From Eubacteriales bacterium (GTDB lineage Bacteria > Bacillota > Clostridia > Lachnospirales > JAITVM01), in NCBI GenBank assembly GCA_031551135.1, contig JAVBOA010000026.1, forward strand, positions 26,683 through 90,682: a stretch of 64,000 nt of DNA, in the 5' to 3' direction. The notes beneath the pieces are model-generated. The model worked only from the letters and a program-made list of their open reading frames with translations, made no database searches and had not been told where the DNA came from. The translations under genes and the position numbers were made by a program. Below, one piece after another: positions 17,255 to 25,655 of the stretch. Each line of letters begins with the position of its first letter. Positions within the stretch are counted from its first letter, which is position 1.

Positions 17255-18331
17255 ATGAATCCAATTGATGATTTAAAATTTTTTTTGGAAAATTGCGAAA
17301 CGGCACCGAATTTTTCGGAAATGCCGAGAAGAAGCTTGAGTGATAAGGGAGTTGACGGGCCTACAGGTGCTCATGTTATAGAAGAAATCCATACACCGTT
17401 TAATTTGGCGTATATCAGTATTACAACGGGAACAACGGCTTTCCAGAATATCGCCGGTGTCACGCACAACGAGATTTCCGACAGAATTTCAGCTTCGATT
17501 AAAGCTCTTGAGCTTTCCGGCGTAAAACGGGGAGATAAAATTTTAATCACATACCCTCCGCTTGTTAATGTCTTTTCAAAAGAAGCTTTGGAAATATACG
17601 GCGTTGAGCATTTTTTTCTGGAGCGTTCGTGCCGTGATGCATTACTTTTGGCATTGGCCGAAAAAAAGCCGAATATCGTAATCGGTGAATCTAGCTTTTT
17701 GCGCGCATCTATTGAGGATGCAAAAAAACTAGATATCATCGATTTAATCCCAAAAGGGATTGTTTTTTTGGCGGCAGGAACTCCGCTTGATTTGGATTTT
17801 GTTCCTGCGGCGGAAAATTTAGTCGGCGGCGTGGTGCACGACCTTTATGGATGTCAGGAATTTGGCTGGCTTGCGGTTGACGGTATTCCTTTGCGAAAAG
17901 ATATTTCTCTTGTTCCGGAAAAAGGTGAGAATTTTCATTTAGTTGCCGGCGGACTGCCTACAGGCGATTGCTTTCCGAAAATCGATAACGGGCATATTTG
18001 CAATATAGACGGCAAAATTATCACCTATTCAAGAATCCGTACAAACGAAGAATTAGAATTGACTGTTTTGGAGTCTACAGCAAAATCGATTGATACTTTG
18101 TATCGTTTGGCGAAAACTATTTTGCGCATAAAAGGAAAAATTGTCCGGATATCAAAAAATGTTGTTCTGAATAGCGAAAAAACTGTGCTTTCGCTTGCAA
18201 ATTATGGCGAAAACGAAGGCTTTATTATCTCCGGAAAAGATAAAACCCTTATGTTTGACACTTTATTAGAAGCACAAATGGCGTATCAATCGGAAAACAA
18301 AACTGATCCGACTTGGCTTAAAAGGAGGTAA
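17255..18331 (+). CDS. adenylate-forming ligase-like protein, candidate ACP-SH:acetate ligase (MadH-like)
   Basis: ITTGTTAFQ resembles the AMP-binding T(S)GTTG motif. Its position between the carboxyltransferase and holo-ACP synthesis genes mirrors madH in the Malonomonas-type cluster. Confidence 0.5.
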   Translation: MNPIDDLKFFLENCETAPNFSEMPRRSLSDKGVDGPTGAHVIEEIHTPFNLAYISITTGTTAFQNIAGVTHNEISDRISASIKALELSGVKRGDKILITYPPLVNVFSKEALEIYGVEHFFLERSCRDALLLALAEKKPNIVIGESSFLRASIEDAKKLDIIDLIPKGIVFLAAGTPLDLDFVPAAENLVGGVVHDLYGCQEFGWLAVDGIPLRKDISLVPEKGENFHLVAGGLPTGDCFPKIDNGHICNIDGKIITYSRIRTNEELELTVLESTAKSIDTLYRLAKTILRIKGKIVRISKNVVLNSEKTVLSLANYGENEGFIISGKDKTLMFDTLLEAQMAYQSENKTDPTWLKRR

Positions 18332-18333
18332 AA

Positions 18334-19815
18334 ATGTTCAAAAGGCATAATCTTTTGGAGATAAATAACGAAGGAAGAGAATTTGCGCTTAATCAAGCTT
18401 TGGAATTAAATCAAAAAATTTCTCCCGAGTTATTGAGAGAGCTGATTGTAGATTCGAAAACCCCCGGCATAGTTAAGCGTCAGAACAGCGTTAGAGAAGG
18501 ATTTATCGAAATCGGATTTTCTTCTTGGAAATATATTGATGGCCGAAGATTGAGAGCTGAGTCATTTGTACCGCTTTCGGCGGTTGAGAAAGTCATTACT
18601 CCTTTTGAATTAATGAATTACCGTGAAGACGGCAATTTTATTTTAAATGAATTAGTAAAAATAGCTGATGATTTAAATATTTCTCTTGGAGTATTCGGGT
18701 CGGCGGCGATGCAAATTTATTCAAAAAAGAATTATATGAACGAAAATTCTGATTATGATATTTATATTTCGTGTAAAAAAAGAAGGGATATTGAATTATT
18801 CTACGAAAATATAAAAAATAACGAACGTTTGAAAAATGTAAAATTAGATATAGAACTTGAGATAGCGAATAATTACTCTGTGAAACTCATTGAAATTTTT
18901 TCGGGTCAGAAAACCGCATTGGCAAAAGGAATTTGGGATGCAAGATTATTTGATATCGAGGATATAATAAATGGTTTTTCCTATGATATCCGTGAAATTG
19001 TATCGAGAAACGCCGTTCGGGCTTTGCTTTATGAAGTGGCGGTGACTCCAAAACCCGGGCTTGTGGATATGAACAATAACGGTTCGCATAAAGATATGGA
19101 TTTTTTTAGATTTATCGATAGCGCAACCGTATTAACGCCGTATTTTGCAAAATTATTTGATTCGGGTGTAAAAAACAGGGATAAACATGAATTATTCGAA
19201 AAAATCAGATACATTGGAATGACTGCAGAGGACGCGATGAAAAAAGCTACAGACGGCGTAAATACTCATAAGGGCGCGATATTTTCTTTGGGTGTTTTTT
19301 GTGCGGCTGTCGGATTTTTTTATGCTGAAAAAAATAAATATAATACTGATGAAGTTTTTGAAATTTGCGGCTCTATGAGCGAGCTAATGCTGAATGATGA
19401 GTTGAACTCGATTACTCTTGAAAACGCAAAAACTTTTGGGGAATTTTTATATATAAATCACGGCATAAGCGGAATCAGAGGAGAAGTCGCTTCGGGGTTC
19501 AAAACGATTCGTGAAATCGGACTTCCGATTTTAAAGGATTTATTAAGCAAAGGCTATTCTATCAATGATGCTTCATTGCTCGTGCTTCTGAATTATATTG
19601 CAGAGACTACCGATACTAATATGATAAAAAGAGGCGGCTTCGAAATTAATGAAGAAGCTAAGTGGAAAGCAAAAGATATTCTGGAAAATCCCTATAAAAA
19701 GCTTATTTTTGATTTAGATAAATATTTTATTGAAAGAAATTTAAGTCCCGGCGGCTGCGCCGATTTATTAAGCGTAACGCTTATGGCGTATTTTATGGAA
19801 AAAGAAGCTTTATAA
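18334..19815 (+). CDS. fused phosphoribosyl-dephospho-CoA transferase (MdcG) / triphosphoribosyl-dephospho-CoA synthase (MdcB/CitG)
   Basis: The N-terminal ~200 aa carry MdcG-like GVFGSAAMQ...SDYDIYIS...KLDIELEI. The C-terminal ~285 aa carry the CitG/MdcB signature VAVTPKPGLVDMNNNGSHKDMDF. Confidence 0.8.
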   Translation: MFKRHNLLEINNEGREFALNQALELNQKISPELLRELIVDSKTPGIVKRQNSVREGFIEIGFSSWKYIDGRRLRAESFVPLSAVEKVITPFELMNYREDGNFILNELVKIADDLNISLGVFGSAAMQIYSKKNYMNENSDYDIYISCKKRRDIELFYENIKNNERLKNVKLDIELEIANNYSVKLIEIFSGQKTALAKGIWDARLFDIEDIINGFSYDIREIVSRNAVRALLYEVAVTPKPGLVDMNNNGSHKDMDFFRFIDSATVLTPYFAKLFDSGVKNRDKHELFEKIRYIGMTAEDAMKKATDGVNTHKGAIFSLGVFCAAVGFFYAEKNKYNTDEVFEICGSMSELMLNDELNSITLENAKTFGEFLYINHGISGIRGEVASGFKTIREIGLPILKDLLSKGYSINDASLLVLLNYIAETTDTNMIKRGGFEINEEAKWKAKDILENPYKKLIFDLDKYFIERNLSPGGCADLLSVTLMAYFMEKEAL

Positions 19816-19853
19816 AGCGGAAGTATCTTCTGCTTCATAAAGCTTCTTTTTTT
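19804..19853. terminator. bidirectional terminator between convergent genes
   Basis: Perfect 10-bp outer stem GAAGCTTTAT / ATAAAGCTTC with an inner hairpin, followed by T7. It overlaps the stop codon of the mdcG-mdcB fusion. Confidence 0.8.
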
Positions 19854-19857
19854 AGTA

Positions 19858-21660
19858 TTATCTTTTTGGAGTGTAGATATCAAAAGTATCATAAATAGTT
19901 TCTTTAATGGAGTTTGCTATTTTTTGCTGATAGCTGTCGTTTGACAAAAGTTTTGATTCTTCAACATTCGAAACAAAGCCGACTTCCATTAAAATTGCGG
20001 GTATATTTGTAAATTTAATAACGTCAAAAGGTTCGGTTTTTACTTTACGGTCGATACCTTTTGTAGCGTTTATTATATTTTTCTGGCAGATTTCTGCAAA
20101 TTTTTTGCTGCTTAATCCAAGTTTGTTCACAGTTTCGTTATTATAAAAATATGTTTCGATTCCTTTTGGAGCAGAGCTTGGATTTGCGTTTGCATGAACA
20201 GAAATAAACAAATCCCCAAGACTATTTGCAAAAGCGATTCTGTCCGGTCTTGTTATAAAAATATCTTCATTTCTGGTTAAATATATTTTTATATCCGGAT
20301 TATTTTTGAATAACTCATTCACTTTATTAGCGATGCTGAAATTGATGTCTTTTTCTTTGATTCCGTTGCTTGCCGCGCCGGGGTCTGTACCGCCGTGACC
20401 CGGGTCGATTATTACAATATTTTTATATCGCTCTTTTGGCAGAGCGAAATTTATGTATATACTTTTTTCGTCTTCCGAAAGAATCGGAGCGAGAATTTGT
20501 TTTTCGTGAATAGTAATTGCGGATAAATTATTCACGGTACTAAACTCTAAATAATCGACTTTTGAATTATTTATGTTTAATTTTGAGCTTTTATAATTTA
20601 TTTTGAAATTTGACGGAAAAACAAAAGAGTATTTCTTTTTATTATAATCATCAAATTCTATAACATCGGCAAGTTTTATATCTGCGCCGTTTTTGCTGAT
20701 AACTACGCGGTTGTTGCTGAAAGAAACTTCGGATGTGCTTGTGTTCGCCGGTGTAGGTTTTTCAACGACTTCCTGCGTCTCACTTCCGGAAAAATCCACA
20801 AAAACATATTTTTTGTCCTCAGATATCGTGGAAGAATAATCGATTGATTTATTTAGCTCAAAAACGATTCGGGTGCGCAATTTTCCGTCGATTTCTTCTT
20901 TTCCGATTCTTATTTCTTTCACAGCATCATTTTCAAGATTCGAAAAAACAGAATCCGTTGAATAGCTCGAATTATAAATATCCAGTATTAGACGGTTGTC
21001 TTGTATAAAATCTTTCTCAAGATGTTCTACCGGTTTTTCAAATTCAATTATAAATTGATTTTTTTCTTTTTTATTAGGAATTTTAATATCTATGATTTGA
21101 TTTTCTTCAGTTGAATTATTTGTTTCGTTTGTTTCGTCCGTTTCGTCATTCGAAATAATCGGCTCGTTATTTTCTATTTCTGCCGATAGCACTTCTACAT
21201 CAGAATTATTTAGTTTTTCCAAAACAAAAGCGGTGCTGTTTTTCGAGTCCCATTTTACATCGATTCCTAAATTTTCGGATACCGAACGAAGCGGAATCAT
21301 TAATTTATTTGCGACAATTTTTGGCGGGATGGCCATTTCAATTTCCTTTTCACCAATTGTTGCAATCTTATTATTTACTTGCAGTGTCAGCAGCTTATCA
21401 TTATACATGATGTAAACTTTTTTTTCACTGTCTCTGTATTCAACATATGCTCCAAGAGGCACAAAAACCTCTCTGGAAGGAACAAGCAAGTAATTGTTAT
21501 AAAATAAAGGATTCATTGGTAAGTTTTTTAATGTTACGTTATTTACAACCAAATCTATTTTTTTACTGTAATATGTGTTTGCGGCATCGGCGGCATGCAA
21601 AGTTTTTACACTAAATAAAGTAATTAACGCAACAATGCTAAGTCCACGCAATAAAGACAT
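19858..21660 (-). CDS. N-acetylmuramoyl-L-alanine amidase with N-terminal stalk/AMIN-like domains
   Basis: Signal peptide; C-terminal Amidase_3 motifs IIDPGHGGTDPGA and SVHANA. Confidence 0.85.
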   Translation of the reverse strand: MSLLRGLSIVALITLFSVKTLHAADAANTYYSKKIDLVVNNVTLKNLPMNPLFYNNYLLVPSREVFVPLGAYVEYRDSEKKVYIMYNDKLLTLQVNNKIATIGEKEIEMAIPPKIVANKLMIPLRSVSENLGIDVKWDSKNSTAFVLEKLNNSDVEVLSAEIENNEPIISNDETDETNETNNSTEENQIIDIKIPNKKEKNQFIIEFEKPVEHLEKDFIQDNRLILDIYNSSYSTDSVFSNLENDAVKEIRIGKEEIDGKLRTRIVFELNKSIDYSSTISEDKKYVFVDFSGSETQEVVEKPTPANTSTSEVSFSNNRVVISKNGADIKLADVIEFDDYNKKKYSFVFPSNFKINYKSSKLNINNSKVDYLEFSTVNNLSAITIHEKQILAPILSEDEKSIYINFALPKERYKNIVIIDPGHGGTDPGAASNGIKEKDINFSIANKVNELFKNNPDIKIYLTRNEDIFITRPDRIAFANSLGDLFISVHANANPSSAPKGIETYFYNNETVNKLGLSSKKFAEICQKNIINATKGIDRKVKTEPFDVIKFTNIPAILMEVGFVSNVEESKLLSNDSYQQKIANSIKETIYDTFDIYTPKR

Positions 21661-21714
21661 ATATTCCCCCCCTAGAAACTTTTAAAACTCAAATCCTGCT
21701 TAAGGATATTCTGA

Positions 21715-21825
21715 TACGATTTCCCTTCTAAAGAATAGAAAAAAATATTTCATTCCGCGCTTGAAGCGTTGCGCGGAACGCTTCGCTGTGAAAATTTTTT
21801 TCTACACATTAAATGGGAAATAGTA
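21715..21825 (-). repeat. TIR-hairpin element, full length (111 bp), orientation B
   Basis: Near-identical to 30374-30484. Central hairpin TTCCGCGC ... GCGCGGAA. Confidence 0.95.
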
Positions 21826-21829
21826 TGAA

Positions 21830-21885
21830 CAACAATTTCATGCGAAATTATTCGCATAGCAAGTCAAACATTGAATTGCTGTAGT
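21830..21885. repeat. second palindromic element family (copy 1)
   Basis: Shares TAGCAAGTCAAACAyyGAATTGC and an ACTACAGCAATTC arm with 56621-56673. Confidence 0.6.
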
Positions 21886-22091
21886 TGAATAATATATCGT
21901 AAATACCAGAATTATCTTTAGCAAAAATAAGGTAAAAAAAGCTCTCCGACAAAATTATCGAAGAGAGGAAGGGCGTAATCTTAAAATATTTTTTTGATAT
22001 GTAACAAATTTGTAAAAAGAAAAAATTTTTTTCGACTAATAATCGGAAAATTTCGATTATATATATTTTGTGCGGAAAAATAAATCACGGT

Positions 22092-22820
22092 TTATCGGTT
22101 TATAATTTTTTTCTCTGCAAAACTAAAATAATTTTCGCCAGAAACAATTAAATGGTCAAGTAATTCTATATCGATACTGGAAAGAGCCTTTTGGATTTTT
22201 TTTGTACATTCAATATCAGAGTTTGAAGGGGTTAGGTTTCCGGAAGGATGGTTATGAGCTAAAAAAACACAGGAGGATTTATGTTTTAAGGCTTGTTCGA
22301 TTACTATGCGCGGATAAACGGGCGTTTCGTCAATCGTTCCCTCAGATATCAACTGCGGATAAATTAATTTTCGCTGGGTATCAAGGCAGATTAAATAAAA
22401 ACATTCGTATTCTGTGCCTAAAAAAAGACTTACCGCGTATTTTCCGGCTTTTGAGGAGGAATTCAAAATAGTTTTCTTTTCCCATTTTGAGAGCGAGTAT
22501 CTTTTTGATAGAGACGGAACAAGGGAGACTAATACAGCGGTGTTTTCACTTACTTTGCATCTATTGGAGATTTCTTCGGCACTCGATTCGAATAGATTCG
22601 AAAGTGTACCGAACTCCTTAATCATTTTATGAGCGATTTCGTTGGTATCTTTCAGCGGATAACAATAAAACAGCAATAGTTCTAAAACCTGATGGTCTTC
22701 AAAAGAATCAAGTCCGCCGGAAATATAGCGTTTTTTGACTCTTTGGCGGTGACCTTTATGATAATTATCAGACACTTTTTCACCTTGTTTCATATGGTAT
22801 TTTATGTATTTTTTATTCAT
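22092..22820 (-). CDS. radC: RadC-family JAB-domain protein
   Basis: 242 aa with the JAMM motif LAHNHPSGNLTPS and an N-terminal HhH-like region. Confidence 0.85.
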   Translation of the reverse strand: MNKKYIKYHMKQGEKVSDNYHKGHRQRVKKRYISGGLDSFEDHQVLELLLFYCYPLKDTNEIAHKMIKEFGTLSNLFESSAEEISNRCKVSENTAVLVSLVPSLSKRYSLSKWEKKTILNSSSKAGKYAVSLFLGTEYECFYLICLDTQRKLIYPQLISEGTIDETPVYPRIVIEQALKHKSSCVFLAHNHPSGNLTPSNSDIECTKKIQKALSSIDIELLDHLIVSGENYFSFAEKKIINR

Positions 22821-22894
22821 ACATTATAAGAATATCTTAAAAATCGTTGAAAGTTCTATATAATAATAAATTAATACGCTAATTTTGTCAATTA

Positions 22895-22986
22895 TACTCG
22901 AAAATTAGAAATTCACACCCATTCAGCGCCTTTAAGCAGAAAGTGGGTGTGAATATTTTTTTCTATCCTTTATAATGAAAATAGTA
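22895..22986 (+). repeat. TIR-hairpin element variant (92 bp) with a different central hairpin
   Basis: The right arm ATATTTTTTTCTATCCTTTATAATGAAAATAGTA is conserved. The central stem is replaced by TTCACACCCA ... TGGGTGTGAA. Confidence 0.8.
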
Positions 22987-23019
22987 TTATATAAATATAA
23001 TTTCGTGCAAATCGAAATC

Positions 23020-23601
23020 TCAACTATTTATTGTATCTACAATAATCAAGTTATCATAGGATTTAACAGCGCTGTATTTAGAATGTTGAAAATTGAGTTT
23101 GTTAAACAGAGAATAATTTCCCGTTAGTAAATATGAAAAAATACATTTCAAAGTGCCGTTATGAGCACAAATTAAAATATTATTGTGTGTCGAAACGATA
23201 TTTGTATATTCATTTATAACCCGATTGTAAAACTCTTTAAAAGATTCTCCCGAGGGAAATCTAAAATCGAATTGGTTCGTATAAAAACTGTTTAAATTAT
23301 CTTTGTCAGTCTCCAATAGTTCTTTATAGGATTTTTTCTCCCAGTCTCCAAAATTGATTTCGTTTAGATTTTTAGATTTTATTATTTCGAGATTAAAATT
23401 TTCGTTTATAATTGCGGCAGTTTTATTGGCACGAGTTAAAGCACTTGAGTAAATAATATCGAATTCGAAACATTTTAATTTATCTTTCAAAACATAAGCC
23501 TGATTAATTCCGGTTTTGTTAAGCGGCGCGTCGAAAAAACCGTAATACAAATTTTTATAATCAGTTTCGCCATGTCTTACAAAAACAATGTTCTGAACCA
23601 A
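23020..23601 (-). CDS. cobC: histidine phosphatase family protein, likely alpha-ribazole phosphatase
   Basis: RHGETD motif; operonic with and overlapping cobS. Confidence 0.7.
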   Translation of the reverse strand: MVQNIVFVRHGETDYKNLYYGFFDAPLNKTGINQAYVLKDKLKCFEFDIIYSSALTRANKTAAIINENFNLEIIKSKNLNEINFGDWEKKSYKELLETDKDNLNSFYTNQFDFRFPSGESFKEFYNRVINEYTNIVSTHNNILICAHNGTLKCIFSYLLTGNYSLFNKLNFQHSKYSAVKSYDNLIIVDTINS

Positions 23602-24374
23602 TTAACGATATCCAATCCCAATAAAGTTTTATAAATAACGCCGCTTAATAAAAAAATAATTTCCGAAAGTTCGATTCCGCCTCCGATAATGTCGCCGGTT
23701 ATGCCGCCGATTTTCGAAATGCAGTAGTTTTTGTAATTAAAATTAAAAATTAAAGTTAAGAAAATTAAAATGATTCCGGCTGATTTTAAGACCACAAAAG
23801 TAAATAAAACGCTCAATAAAATAGATGTAAGGAAAGCTGTAAAAGAAATTTTACCGATAAAAGGCGAAGCAATTCCGCTATGTTCCGCCGGATAATAGGT
23901 TTTGTACATAAAAACAGAGGCAAGACCGCGGCTGACGATAGGCATTGCAATTATATAAAATAAAAGCTCGTCTCTTAATTCATAAAGAAGAAAAATTTTA
24001 AAAAGCACGCAAAAAACTATTGCTAAAACTCCATGTGTTCCAATACGGCTGTCCTTCATAATTTCCAATTTTTTTTCGGTTGAACGTGCCGAAAAAAAGC
24101 CGTCGAATGTATCTGCGAGTCCGTCCAAATGCAGTGCGCCAGAAAAGCAAAATTCAGAAAGCACAATAAAAGTTATCAGCAAATATCCTTCAAACGCCAA
24201 GCCAAATATAATATACACCAAATAATTTAATATTCCGATAATATTTCCGATAAGCGGAAAATACACAATGCTTGCCCTAAAAGAATTTTCGTTGTATTTA
24301 GCAGCCCTTCCGACGGGTATTGTTGTCAAAAAAGATAGAATTAATAAAAAATCATTTAACATGAAACACCTCAT
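23577..24374 (-). CDS. cobS: adenosylcobinamide-GDP ribazoletransferase
   Basis: Polytopic membrane protein with the LDGLADTFDG motif. ATGA overlap with cobU. Confidence 0.9.
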   Translation of the reverse strand: MRCFMLNDFLLILSFLTTIPVGRAAKYNENSFRASIVYFPLIGNIIGILNYLVYIIFGLAFEGYLLITFIVLSEFCFSGALHLDGLADTFDGFFSARSTEKKLEIMKDSRIGTHGVLAIVFCVLFKIFLLYELRDELLFYIIAMPIVSRGLASVFMYKTYYPAEHSGIASPFIGKISFTAFLTSILLSVLFTFVVLKSAGIILIFLTLIFNFNYKNYCISKIGGITGDIIGGGIELSEIIFLLSGVIYKTLLGLDIVNWFRTLFL

Positions 24375-24904
24375 TTCAACCTTAATGGTAATCCTGACAT
24401 TATCATATAGACTTCATCACAAATAGAAGCAATTTTTTGGTTTGCTCTGCCTTGTATATCACGAAAATTCCTAGATAAAGCGTCTGCGGGAACAATTCCA
24501 AGCCCGATTTCGTTTGTAATAAAAAGCACTTCGGCTTTAGTGGATTTTGATTGCTTGAGTATCTCGTCAATTTGTGCGATAATCTGTGCTTCGACTTTGG
24601 TGTAATTTATCTTTTCGGCATCGAATCCTCCGAAATGGAATAATAAATTTGTAATTAAAGTTGTAATACATTCTAATAAAATAAAATCATAATTGTTGCC
24701 GTTCGACGAAATAATTTCAGAGAGGTCTAAAAAGCCTTCGTAGGTGTCCCAATTTTTTGGTCTGGAAGCTTTGTGTATTTCAATGCGCTCACGCATTTCA
24801 GCGTCAGTTGCAACTGCTGTCGCAATATAAAGTACTTTGCCATTAACATGGCTTTCGGCGAATCTGCTTTTTCCGCTTCTTGCGCCGCCGGTAACTAAAA
24901 TCAT
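24371..24904 (-). CDS. cobU: adenosylcobinamide kinase / adenosylcobinamide-phosphate guanylyltransferase
   Basis: 177 aa with P-loop GGARSGKS and a CobU/CobP-like length. Confidence 0.9.
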   Translation of the reverse strand: MILVTGGARSGKSRFAESHVNGKVLYIATAVATDAEMRERIEIHKASRPKNWDTYEGFLDLSEIISSNGNNYDFILLECITTLITNLLFHFGGFDAEKINYTKVEAQIIAQIDEILKQSKSTKAEVLFITNEIGLGIVPADALSRNFRDIQGRANQKIASICDEVYMIMSGLPLRLK

Positions 24905-25185
24905 AAAATCCTCCTAACATTAATTACGAAATATGTTAAAATGTATTATTTTTTTCGGAAAAAATTCGATAAAAATATGTCGAGTGTTTTTTTAATTTCT
25001 ATATAATAACATTATAGCGAATCAAGAAAATTACGCAAGTTTTGTTCGGCGGGTAGAAGCGAAATTTAATGGGTTTAGGATTTATACAAAAATCAAAAAT
25101 ATTGAATTGAAATATACTTGGTGTAAAATATATAAATGAGTCGAAAAAAATCAGAATATTGTTAGATTAAGATTTATTACATTTA

Positions 25186-25214
25186 TTGATTAAAATTGCG
25201 CATTTTGCTATAAT
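25186..25214 (+). promoter_or_regulatory. sigma-A type promoter in an ORF-free region
   Basis: TTGATT - 17 nt - TATAAT, about 440 nt upstream of the LCP gene. Confidence 0.45.
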
Positions 25215-25496
25215 GATATCAAATAAATTGCTAAAATTCCGTTTAATTCTAAAATATTTTATTTTAGGCGTATCTTTGATAATTATTTGCATATTTTGAC
25301 GCTGCGTTTTATAATTCAAAAATATTACCCGATGCTAATCTCTGAATAAATTGCAGAATTCGAAGGAAGCTGAGCGCGAAACGTTCTGACCGATGGATGC
25401 TGCGCTTTTGATGGAGAGCCGGAATGAGTGTATTTGAAAATATGAATTAATACGAATACCGAGAAAACACATGATTTACTTAACAGCATGTGGGAA

Positions 25497-25545
25497 TCGC
25501 AATACTGTGGAAAAAATTTTTCTGTTTATCAAAATGGAAATAGCA
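25497..25545 (-). repeat. partial TIR-hairpin element (one arm)
   Basis: CGCAATACTGTGGAAAAAATTTTTCTGTTTATCAAAATGGAAATAGCA matches the right half of orientation-B copies. Confidence 0.7.
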
Positions 25546-25584
25546 TTACTTATAACAAATTGAACAAAGAATGTTTCGTGCTGA

Positions 25585-25624
25585 TACTATTTTCATTATA
25601 GAAAATAGAAAAATGAAAATAGTA
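25585..25624 (-). repeat. TIR-hairpin element, short form (40 bp)
   Basis: TACTATTTTCATTATAGAAAATAGAAAAATGAAAATAGTA. Confidence 0.9.
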
Positions 25625-25655
25625 TGAATGCACAAATCGATAGGAGGGGTATTTT

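Noticed and set aside
24905-25150. Cobalamin riboswitch expected upstream of cobU-cobS-cobC (minus strand).
   Set aside because: I could not find a B12-box-like sequence (approximately AGYCMGGAGACCKGCC) or the conserved GGTGAAA/GCCACTG elements on either strand. Absence cannot be proven without a covariance-model search.
25355-25420. Whether the GC-richer patch is a known riboswitch (c-di-GMP, c-di-AMP, cobalamin or purine).
   Set aside because: No conserved core of those classes is recognisable by eye. It partly resembles the repeat core, so it is reported only as an unassigned region.
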